NCBI GenBank assembly: GCA_963841435.1
Contig: CAWJCS010000002.1
Coordinates: 704,001-768,000 of the forward strand
DNA length: 64,000 nt
DNA from: an uncultured delta proteobacterium
GTDB lineage: Bacteria; Myxococcota_A; Polyangia; Polyangiales; Polyangiaceae
Reading direction: 5' to 3'
The first letter of the stretch is position 1; every line of letters starts with the position of its first letter. The notes under the pieces were generated by a model. That model saw only the letters and a list, made by a program, of their open reading frames with translations. It ran no database searches and was not told the DNA's origin. The position numbers and the translations under genes were made by a program. Shown here in pieces: positions 40,243-48,586 of this stretch.

Positions 40243-40893
40243 GTGCGCCTTTTCGTGACGCTCCTTGCCGTGCTGCTGTCGGCGCTCACGGCGTGCGGCA
40301 CGCCGCCCGAGCCGCGCAGCGCTCCGCCCGAGCGCCCGCGCGCGGCCGCGGTAACGCCAGAGCGTGACCCGTGCGCTTCCGGCGACCCGTCAGCGGACGA
40401 CGCGACCAAGCTTGCCTCCTTTCGCGGTCTGCTGCTCGGCGTGCGCTGCCGCGCGGAGCTGTTCGCCGTCATGAAGAAGACCGCGACGGCGCTCGGTGTC
40501 GCGTGCACACACTGCCACGTCGCGGGCAACTACGCGGCCTCGACGCCCCAAAAGAGCATTGCGAACTGGATGGCAGGGTTCGAGCGCGGGCTCCGGCAGC
40601 GCGGCGGTGGCGCCGTTGCGTGCGCCGATTGCCACGCCTACGACGGCAAGCCACACACCAAAATGCTCGGCGAGCCGCGAAGTCGCACGGCATCCGTCGA
40701 ATGGATGACAACCGTGCTCGCCGAGCGTTTCGAGTCGGCGTCGGGCGAGCCGCTCTACTGCCGCTCGTGCCACGTCGGGGGGCTCGGCGAGCCGAGCTTC
40801 GCGCGCACCGTCATCGGGAGCGAGCACGTGCCGCTCCCCCCGGGCCCAGCTCCCGCCTCGATCGATCGCGCCCCCGGAGCGCCGGATGGCTGA
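40243..40893 (+). CDS. Triheme c-type cytochrome lipoprotein (PufC/reaction-centre cytochrome-like spacing)
   Basis: Lipobox LTAC; MKKTATALGVACTHCH, CADCH and CRSCH. Confidence 0.8.
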   Translation: MRLFVTLLAVLLSALTACGTPPEPRSAPPERPRAAAVTPERDPCASGDPSADDATKLASFRGLLLGVRCRAELFAVMKKTATALGVACTHCHVAGNYAASTPQKSIANWMAGFERGLRQRGGGAVACADCHAYDGKPHTKMLGEPRSRTASVEWMTTVLAERFESASGEPLYCRSCHVGGLGEPSFARTVIGSEHVPLPPGPAPASIDRAPGAPDG

Positions 40894-40927
40894 CGAAGTC
40901 GACTCCGTGCGCGCCGCGTGAACGCCG

Positions 40928-42379
40928 CTACTGGACCGGCTTTTCGGCCTGTACTTTTTCGAACAACGCGCGCTCTTCCGGCGTCGCTTCCTCGAGCTCG
41001 GGCGGCTCGGAGAAGCGGTCGAGCTTGCGCTCGAGCGATTTGCGATTCACGCCGAGCAGGCGCGCCGCCGCGCTCTTGTTGCCGCTGCACATCTCGATGG
41101 CGTGGTGCAGGATGGCGCGTTCGATGAGATCGAGCTTCGAGCCGATGCGCGACGGCAGCGCGAGGATGGCGCGCGCCATGCGGTCCACCTCGCGCGCGCC
41201 TTCGGTGAGCTGGCCGCCCACGAGCTCCTCGAGCACGGGCACGTCGACGACTTCCTTTTCGGCGAGCAGCGCGAGGCGCTCGACGCCGTTTTTGAGCTCG
41301 CGCACGTTGCCCGGCCAGCGCCGCCGGCGGATCCATTCGACGGCTTCGTCCGTGAAACGGAGCCTGGGCTGAAACTGCGCCGCGAACGAGTGCAAAAGCT
41401 CGATGACGTCGTCCCCGCGGTCCGCGAGCGAAGGCACGGTCACGGCGACCACGTTGAGGCGGTAGAAGAGATCCTCGCGGAACCGCCCCTCCGCGATGCG
41501 CTTCTCCAGGTCGACGTGGGTCGCGGCGATGACGCGCGCCTTGAGCGGCAGCTCGTCCTCGCCTCCGAGCGGGCGAAAGCGCCGGTCCTCGAGCACGCGC
41601 AAGAGCTTTGCCTGCAGCTCGACGGGCATCTCGGCGATCTCGTCGAGCAGCAGCGTGCCGCTGCCGGCGAGCTCGAGCTGCCCGCGCATGCGCTGCACGG
41701 CTCCGGTGAAGGCGCCGCGCTGGTGGCCGAAGATCAACGATTCGATGAGGTTGCCCGGCAACGCAGAGCAGTTCACGGCCAGAAATGGCTGGCTGCTGCG
41801 GTGGCTCGAGTGGTGGATGGCACGGGCCACCATTTCCTTGCCGCTGCCCGTCTCGCCGAGGATGAGCACGGGTGCTTCCGCGTCCGCGACGCGCGCGACG
41901 AGCTTCATGACGCGCTCCATCGGCGGCGAAGTGCCGATGAGCGCCGCCGGGCCGAAGCTGGTGTCGATGTGTTGCTTGAGCCGCACCACCTCGCTCCGCA
42001 GCTGCAGGCGCTCGCGGATGCCTTCGACGATGGGCAGGAGCATCTCGGGGCCGAGCTCGTCCTTGAGCACGTAGTCCTGAGCGCCCTGGCGCATGGCCTC
42101 GCGGATCTCGGCCAGCTCCGTCGAGGCGGTCACCATGACGGCGGGCGTGGAGCGTCCGCTCTCGCGTAGCCAGCGCAAGAAGGAGAGCCCGCCGCGATCG
42201 GTCGGATTGGGCGACAGCCGGATGTCGACGAGGGCGGCATCCGGATTCTGGCTCTCAACGCGCTCCTTCGCTTCCTCGAGGCTGCCGGCCTCCAGAATCT
42301 CGACGTCCTTGAGCTCGCTAAGCAGGTGGCGGAGCACGCGCCGCGCGCTGCGCTGATCGTCGACGAGGAGGATCTTCAT
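40928..42379 (-). CDS. Sigma54-dependent response regulator (REC-AAA+-Fis HTH, NtrC family)
   Basis: ILLVDD, ALVDIRL, GETGSGKE, GAFTGA, FREDLFYRLNV, WPGNVREL and GNKSAAARLLG. ATGA overlap with the kinase. Confidence 0.95.
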   Translation of the reverse strand: MKILLVDDQRSARRVLRHLLSELKDVEILEAGSLEEAKERVESQNPDAALVDIRLSPNPTDRGGLSFLRWLRESGRSTPAVMVTASTELAEIREAMRQGAQDYVLKDELGPEMLLPIVEGIRERLQLRSEVVRLKQHIDTSFGPAALIGTSPPMERVMKLVARVADAEAPVLILGETGSGKEMVARAIHHSSHRSSQPFLAVNCSALPGNLIESLIFGHQRGAFTGAVQRMRGQLELAGSGTLLLDEIAEMPVELQAKLLRVLEDRRFRPLGGEDELPLKARVIAATHVDLEKRIAEGRFREDLFYRLNVVAVTVPSLADRGDDVIELLHSFAAQFQPRLRFTDEAVEWIRRRRWPGNVRELKNGVERLALLAEKEVVDVPVLEELVGGQLTEGAREVDRMARAILALPSRIGSKLDLIERAILHHAIEMCSGNKSAAARLLGVNRKSLERKLDRFSEPPELEEATPEERALFEKVQAEKPVQ

Positions 42380-44768
42380 GCAACCCTTGCTTCCGAGTCG
42401 GCGGCCGCCTCGTTCGGCGCCTGGCGCGCGCCGTCGCGCACGATGTCCTCACCGCGCACGGTCACGGCGAAGACGGTGCGGCTATCGCGGCGCTGCGCCG
42501 CGATGCTCCAGCCGTGCGCGCGCACGAGCCGGTGCGTGATGGCGAGGCCGAGGCCCGTACCGCGTGGCTTGGTGGTGTACCAGGGCGCGAACAGTCGCGA
42601 CGGGTCGCCCACGTAGCCCGGGCCCTCGTCCCACACCGAAAGCTCCCCGCCGCCGCCCGCCGCGCGCCACGCGATGCCGACGCGCCCATTCGGGCCGCAC
42701 GCCTCGAGCGCGTTGGACATCAAGTTCACGAGCACCTGAGTCATCTTGTCCGGATCGCAGCGCAGGGTCGCGTCCGCTCCGAGTCCGAGCTCGATGTGCC
42801 GGTTGCCGAGTGCATCCCCGAGCAGCGTTTCCACGCGCCCGCAGAGCTCCGACACCGGCGTTGGCGCCCGCTCCAGACGGTGAGCGGCCATGCGCTTCAA
42901 CCCCGAGACCAGCCGCTCCAGACGATCCACTTCTTCTCTGCCCACGTCGATGTCGTCGGCCGTCAACGCCACGCTGCGGGAGCCACGCTCGAAGACGCTC
43001 CTGAAGTAGTTGATGGGGTAGCGCACCTCGTGCGCGATCTCGGCCGCGACCGTCTCGACGAGGGCTTCGCGCTCGCCGCGCCATGCCTCTGCCTGCCGGC
43101 GCCGCCGCTCCTCGAGCTCCTGGTAGGCGTGGGCATGGGCGAGCGCGAGCCCACCGTTGTTGGCGATCGTACGCAAGAGATCGATGTCGTCGCTCGTGAA
43201 GAGCGCGCCGCCCCGCTTCGCTCCCGCGTCGAGCCAACCGAACGGTTTGCCGCCGAAAGTGACCTCGAGCCTGAGCTCGGCGTCGCTCGGGCGCGGCGGC
43301 TCGTCGGTCTCGACGCCGGCGCCGGTCGGGCCCTCGCCCGACGCTGGGCCCTCTGCGTCGGCGACGGTGGACCTCCGCGGTGCCGGCGCGAGCGTGAGGT
43401 GAATGTAGTCGCAGGGCAACCAGCGACGCACGGTGCGCTCGATGGCCTGGGTGACCTCTCTCGGCGAGGTGAGCGTCGTCAGCTCCTCGCTCAGACGGTC
43501 GATCGTGGGTTTGTACTGTGAGCGCGACCGAAACAGCGTGAAGTCGCTGACGCGCAGCGCCGAGACGACGAGCACAGCGGCCGCCACGCCGCCGCCCGCG
43601 GCACCGGCCAGCGCATCACGGAAGCTCGCGCCCATCCACGTCGCGAGCGCACCGCCCACGGCGATGGCGAGTGCGCAGGCGAGCGCGCCGACGAACAGGC
43701 TCGTGCCGACGCGAGACAGCAACGCACGACTGCCCCAAAGGTCATAACGCACGAACGCGTACAGGCTCGCGACCGGCGCGAGTAAAAGCGCGGGGAAGAC
43801 GATGGCGTCGGGAAAGGACTTAAGGAGGCCGAGCGAAGTGAGCACGCCCCAAACAGCGACCCCGGTGTAAGCGGGCACCATCGACAGGAGGAGGGCACGT
43901 AGCGTGTCGCGCTGTTCGCCGCGCGACTGGCCGTAGCGAAAGAGAAACCCCGCCACGAACGCTACGAACGAGAGCCCCAGCAAGAGCGTGACGAGGCTCT
44001 GAATCGGCCCGGTATCGCGCCCGAGCAGGTAGGATCCGGTCAGCGTGAGAGCGAAGCAGAGGGCGATCGCCTGGATCAGCGTACGGGTCCAGGGGTGCTT
44101 CCTCACGACGGCGACCGTCGTCGGCAGCTCCAGAACGAGAAGCACGACCACGAAGGGGAGGATGGCGAAGGCCGAAAAGAAAATCGGCGTCAGCGTTCTG
44201 GTCGTGTGAACGTTGAAGAGTGTGAGCAGGAAAAGTCCGCTCGTGACGCCGAACTTGGCGAACGCCCGTGACAACGCGCCACGCGGTCGCGCCCAGAGTG
44301 CGAGCAGACCCGCGCTAGCGTAGACCACGCCGCTAAAAAGAAAGCTGCCCGCGTAGAGCCACCAGCCGATGGGGGAAAGCGGCTGGAGGGCCAGGCGGAC
44401 GACTTCTTGGTCGAGCTACGCTCGACGACGGCATCGAGGTAGCCGACCTTCGCCGCCTCCACGACGGCGGCATCCCACGCGGTGGCCCGGGCCAGGCTTC
44501 CCGTGACCCCTTCCGCCCCCACGGGCAAGACCCGATCAGGAAATTTCAGGCCCAGTCGTCGTCCCGCCCAGTCGTCGAGGCCTAGGCTGGACACCGAACC
44601 GCCCGGATCGACCAGGACGCCCGGGATCGGACGACCATACCAGGTCAGCGCATCGCGGACGGCAACACAGGTCAGCGCGACCAGGAGGCTCGTGAGCACG
44701 ACGATGGCAAGGGTGACCCGCGGTCCGGCGGCATGGTCGTGATCGGCTTGGGGCACGTTGCCCAGCAT
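42376..44768 (-). CDS. Multi-TM sensor histidine kinase (TM-PDZ-like-9TM-GAF-HisKA-HATPase; ComP-like), one -1 frameshift near 44403
   Basis: Two ORFs (44190-44768 and 42376-44328) join if one G is added (AAG GTC GTC CGC), giving 798 codons. H-box AHEVRYP, N-box VNLMSNALEA, DEGPG and GTGLGLAI. Confidence 0.85.
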
Positions 44769-44815
44769 ACGCGCGCTCCTGCACGCCTTCTAGCCGAGCA
44801 CGAATGGGCGTCAAT

Positions 44816-46693
44816 TCAGCCCGATCCGGCTCTCAAAGAGCCCGGGTCGGCCGGTCGCTCTGCCTCGCTGGCCGGGACGACTCCGGAGCGGTGCGCTTGG
44901 GTGTTTGGCGCTCGCCCCCACTCGGCCGCGTCGACGAGCTGCCGGAGGATGGCCTCTTCGAGGGCACCCTCAGCCTCCGCCGACGAGCGGGCGCGCAGCG
45001 CCACCTCGAGGCCCAAGAGAGCCTCCTTTCGCGTGCCGCTCGGGTCCGCGTCGGAAAGGACGCGCAGCAATAGCCCGAGCTGCCGGAGCAGGTGGCCCCG
45101 AGGCTGAACGCCGAGCCGTTCCGGATGCCGCGCCCAGACTCGCGCCGCGCGCAGCATGCTCGCGAGCGCGTGGGCCGCGGTCGAATCGCGCATGATGACG
45201 CAAACCGCAAATTGCCACACCGCCCGCGACGTACCCGGGGCAAGCGGGGCGCCACGCGACGCTTCGACGAAAGCCCGGGCAGCGTGGTGTTCTCCCATGC
45301 GCACGAGTGAGAGGGCCACGGGGTCGGTCGCGGCAAGGCAAGCGGTGGTCGCGCTCAAGCGGCCGTACCCGTGCTTGGCATTGTGGCCGTCGTCATCGCT
45401 GCCCAGGGGCTCGAAGTCGCGGCGATCGGCGAGCCCGTGCTCAAAAGCTCGCCCCGACGGATCGAGAGCAACGCTCGTTTCACGGAGCAAGCAATCCACG
45501 TCGGGCAAAGTGAGCAGCGGATTCGTCGCAAGCAGGAGCAGGAAGACACCACTCGCGACGCCGGACGCGCCGCTGGACTCCGCGTGCCATGCCCGCTCCT
45601 CTTCAGCGAACGGGTAGGCCATGTCGTCGCCCGGAGCGAGGAAGCGCACCGACGGACCGCGATTCGCGAATGGCCTCAGGCGCCCGCGTCGGTCGAGCCA
45701 GAGGAACCAGCCACCGTCGCGGGCGCTCGGCCCGATGCAGAATACGCGAGGATCGGCCGCGGGCTCACCCAGGCCGAGGCTGAGGCTCGAATGGACCGAA
45801 TCGTGTGGGCTCGACATCTCGCGGCCCGTGGGCATCACGACGACGGTGCCGCGTCCGCCGCGCCCAACGCGCACCGCGAGCTCGAGCGCGTCGTCGAGCA
45901 TGGGGCTGGTTTGCCCCTCGACGTACGTCGCGCACACGATGACGTCGGCGCCGTCCTCGACGGCGCGCGCGATGGCGAGCGGTAGCGTCCACACGTCGTT
46001 GCCCGGCTTGGGAATGCAGTAGAAGCGGGGGGACGCGTCGGGAGCGATGCCCGAGAAGCGCTTCCCGTTCGCAGCCGTCGCTCCTACCGCCCAGCCGAGC
46101 ATCAGTGCGGCGTGCGAGTGCGACCGCGGTATCGCAGCGACGGCGACGGGCACCTCCGCCTCGAGCGGGATGCGCTCGAGTTCGAGCCCGTCGTTGTCGA
46201 TCACCGCGAGTCGCGTGCCAGCACCGGTCCCGCAAAAGCGGCGGTTAACGTCCGCACCCTTCGCCCGAAGGAACCAGCGCCAGGGCGTGTCGGCTTCGAC
46301 GAGCTCCGTTGGCCCGCGCGCGGGCCAGTCGCGCGCTTGTCGTCGGGCGCGCGTCACGCAGAAATCGAGGCGCGGGGGAAGGGTCTGCGTGCCGCGCCTC
46401 GCCGAGGTGACGTAGCGCACGCGAGCGGAGCCTAGACGGCGAGATACCTCCCGGCGATCGAGCTTCTTCGAAGACTCGACCCGCGTCCAAAAGATCGGGT
46501 GATTGCTGAACAGGGGCGTCACTGCAACGTCGGGGGCGAGGTCCGAAAGCGCGCGAGTGACCTCCACGGGATCGATGTCCTCGCAGGTCGCAACGACGAG
46601 GTCCTGCTCCGGTTGGCCCTCGTCGCCACCCCCATCGGGATCGGCGCGTAGTCGAAGTCCCAACTCGGGTCCGGGTCCGCCCGCGCCGCTCAC
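44816..46693 (-). CDS. Divergent S8 (subtilisin-like) peptidase, no signal peptide
   Basis: GTGAGTRLAVIDND (Asp), HSHAALM (His), GIAPDA, FANRGP...LAPG, ESSGASGVASG...LLLATNP (Ser) and HGYGRL. GTGA overlap with the upstream gene. Confidence 0.8.
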   Translation of the reverse strand: MSGAGGPGPELGLRLRADPDGGGDEGQPEQDLVVATCEDIDPVEVTRALSDLAPDVAVTPLFSNHPIFWTRVESSKKLDRREVSRRLGSARVRYVTSARRGTQTLPPRLDFCVTRARRQARDWPARGPTELVEADTPWRWFLRAKGADVNRRFCGTGAGTRLAVIDNDGLELERIPLEAEVPVAVAAIPRSHSHAALMLGWAVGATAANGKRFSGIAPDASPRFYCIPKPGNDVWTLPLAIARAVEDGADVIVCATYVEGQTSPMLDDALELAVRVGRGGRGTVVVMPTGREMSSPHDSVHSSLSLGLGEPAADPRVFCIGPSARDGGWFLWLDRRGRLRPFANRGPSVRFLAPGDDMAYPFAEEERAWHAESSGASGVASGVFLLLLATNPLLTLPDVDCLLRETSVALDPSGRAFEHGLADRRDFEPLGSDDDGHNAKHGYGRLSATTACLAATDPVALSLVRMGEHHAARAFVEASRGAPLAPGTSRAVWQFAVCVIMRDSTAAHALASMLRAARVWARHPERLGVQPRGHLLRQLGLLLRVLSDADPSGTRKEALLGLEVALRARSSAEAEGALEEAILRQLVDAAEWGRAPNTQAHRSGVVPASEAERPADPGSLRAGSG

Positions 46694-47655
46694 GTCAGCA
46701 CCTCGGCCGCCCACGAGCCGAGCTTGATGGCGCGCACGACGTACCCGGCGTGGCGATCTTCCAGCGGCAAAAGGGCGTCGAGGCGGACTTGGCGTTGCTC
46801 TGCCCAGCGAGCGAGCGTGTCGGCGCCGAGCGCTCGTGCGTGGCGCCAGGCGGTTCGGTACTGATGCCGTGCGTCCCGCAACATCAGGTACAAGACACGC
46901 ATCCCTAGCACCCGGCGGCGAACGATGTCGGGCTCCGTGGGGCGCTCGTTTTTGGGGTCCTGTTTCACTGCCTCGAGCCGCCGCCTCGCGAGCGATACCG
47001 CCCACGCGCCGCCGCCGCGCCGCCAATCGTCCTCCCAGTCCCCGGCATCGTCCTCGAACTGGAGGCCGAGCCAGACACCCGCGAGCAGGCGGTGGACCTG
47101 CTCGACCTGAATGGGAGAGGCACCCGACGCGCGAGCCAGCGCGAGCGTGGCCGGAAAGCCAACTGCCTGTTTCGCGAGTGAGATGCGCCGATAGTCGCCG
47201 AACGTGACGGCAGCGATGCGACTCAGTAGGGCGTGCTCTTCGAGGATTGCCTCGCTGGTTTCTCGGTCTGCCGCTTCCGCGAGCGCCACGGTGTCCGGGC
47301 ACAGCTCCGCCAACAATCGATCGCGACCGCTCCGGAGCTCGGCAAGGAGCAAGAGCAGCTCCGGGGTGGGACTGATTTGCCGGTCGGCGACGCGGTCCGT
47401 GCCGAATGCTTCGATGACCGACAAGGCGTGTGCAAGCACGGCAAGACGGACGTGCTCGGGGCGCGCCATGGGGAACGCCTCGGCGACCAAGCTCGGCGCC
47501 TCGAGCGTTACCGCGTGGTTGAAGACATCGCTCCAGGCCTTACCGCTGACCGGGGCGAGCCCCAACAAATGCGGAAGGTCGCGGGCAATCCCGCGCAGTG
47601 CAGGAGGTAGCGCATTCGCGTAGCCCGCGTAGAGCGCGTCTATCATGGATGTCAT
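46690..47655 (-). CDS. Class I isoprenoid-synthase-fold protein (ComQ-like peptide prenyltransferase candidate)
   Basis: All-alpha composition, degenerate first Asp motif FGTDRVADRQ, Y-x6-K helix (DYRRISLAKQA) and second Asp-rich motif GLQFEDDAGDWEDD. Confidence 0.7.
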   Translation of the reverse strand: MTSMIDALYAGYANALPPALRGIARDLPHLLGLAPVSGKAWSDVFNHAVTLEAPSLVAEAFPMARPEHVRLAVLAHALSVIEAFGTDRVADRQISPTPELLLLLAELRSGRDRLLAELCPDTVALAEAADRETSEAILEEHALLSRIAAVTFGDYRRISLAKQAVGFPATLALARASGASPIQVEQVHRLLAGVWLGLQFEDDAGDWEDDWRRGGGAWAVSLARRRLEAVKQDPKNERPTEPDIVRRRVLGMRVLYLMLRDARHQYRTAWRHARALGADTLARWAEQRQVRLDALLPLEDRHAGYVVRAIKLGSWAAEVLT

Positions 47656-47715
47656 CGAGGGAGACGATTCGGTCCGAGGAAAGTTGTCCCCCCCTCGGTG
47701 AGCGCGCTCAATCAG

Positions 47716-48036
47716 TCAGTAGCCGTTCGACTCCTTCCAGGGAGAGATCGCGACGTTGATCCGCTCGTTGACGACGATGCTCCGCCAGAGAACCACCTGG
47801 GCGGCGCTGAGCTCCTCGAAGTCACCGCAGACCCAGTCCGTGATGCGGGCGTTCAATTGCGCGCGCACGCGACGTGCGTCGTCGTTCTCTTCGGTGGCGT
47901 CTTCGGTCGTAGGATAAAGAGCGAGCAGCTGCTTGAATTCGTCGAAGCGGTTCTGATCTTCCAAAAGTGAAATGTAGAGGCGGCGAAGCTGAGCGTGGGG
48001 GTCGGTGGCGTGCATTTGGGTAGCGACGGCGGTCAT
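47716..48036 (-). CDS. Small protein, putative RiPP/pheromone precursor (106 aa)
   Basis: Strong AAGGAG ribosome-binding site, first gene of the operon, helical acidic leader-like region, C-terminus ...NVAISPWKESNGY. Confidence 0.7.
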   Translation of the reverse strand: MTAVATQMHATDPHAQLRRLYISLLEDQNRFDEFKQLLALYPTTEDATEENDDARRVRAQLNARITDWVCGDFEELSAAQVVLWRSIVVNERINVAISPWKESNGY

Positions 48037-48097
48037 TGGGTGGTTTTTCTCCTTGATGCATGCGGGTGAGAGCCCGCACTGCTGGCCCCCCCAGACG

Positions 48098-48114
48098 TGC
48101 AAGGATCGTGCACA
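48098..48114 (-). promoter_or_regulatory. Sigma54-like promoter of the precursor operon
   Basis: Minus strand TGTGCACG-ATCC-TTGCA. It matches GCACG-N4-TTGCA but has TG instead of the conserved GG. Confidence 0.45.
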
Positions 48115-48177
48115 CGTCGTGACCTCCAGGAAGCACCCGCATTTGCGCGGATCGCGTCGCGCGCGCCGGTTGACGCT

Positions 48178-48214
48178 GGTCGGATCCGGCCAAGCGCGGG
48201 GTCGGATCCGGCCA
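48178..48214. repeat. Tandem 15-bp direct repeat of a near-palindrome (candidate enhancer/UAS)
   Basis: GGTCGGATCCGGCCA at 48178-48192 and 48200-48214; 22-bp period, palindromic core CGGATCCG. Confidence 0.75.
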
Positions 48215-48267
48215 CTCGTCGCCGCATCGCAACGTCGCTACGCTCGCGTGCGAGTCAGCGCGTGCCG

Positions 48268-48576
48268 ATGCCCGTCCTGTTGTTCGTCTACGGATCCCTC
48301 ATGCGTGGGGGGAAACATCACGCCGAGCTCGCCGATGCGCGTTTCGTCGGGCCAGCTGCGACCGAGCGCCGTTGCGGCGTCGTGCGGGTCGCGGAGTATC
48401 CGGCGCTCGTGCCCGGAAACGACGTAGTCCCCGGAGAGCTCTACGAAATCGACGAGACGAGCTTGCTCGCGCTCGATGCTTTCGAGGGCGAAATGTACCG
48501 TCGCGACACCGTAGCGCTCGACGACGGCCGCGTGGTGCTGGCCTATGTTCTCGCCGCCGCCGCGGGGCCGTATTAG
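48268..48576 (+). CDS. Gamma-glutamylcyclotransferase (AIG2-like) family protein
   Basis: [20 protein letters not shown] and LDAFEG. Confidence 0.88.
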   Translation: MPVLLFVYGSLMRGGKHHAELADARFVGPAATERRCGVVRVAEYPALVPGNDVVPGELYEIDETSLLALDAFEGEMYRRDTVALDDGRVVLAYVLAAAAGPY

Positions 48577-48586
48577 GCCCTCACCC

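Noticed and set aside
46694-47302. 828-aa version of the S8 protease
   Set aside because: The extension overlaps the prenyltransferase-like gene out of frame; the GTGA overlap at 46690-46693 gives a better start.
44816-48036. Cyanobactin cluster interpretation (S8 protease plus prenyltransferase)
   Set aside because: The transferase has class I DDxxD motifs rather than the PatF/LynF ABBA type, the precursor has no repeated core cassettes, and no YcaO or PatB/C genes are present.
48178-48214. Possible mini-CRISPR
   Set aside because: Only two 15-bp units with a 7-bp gap and no cas genes; an activator binding site fits better.
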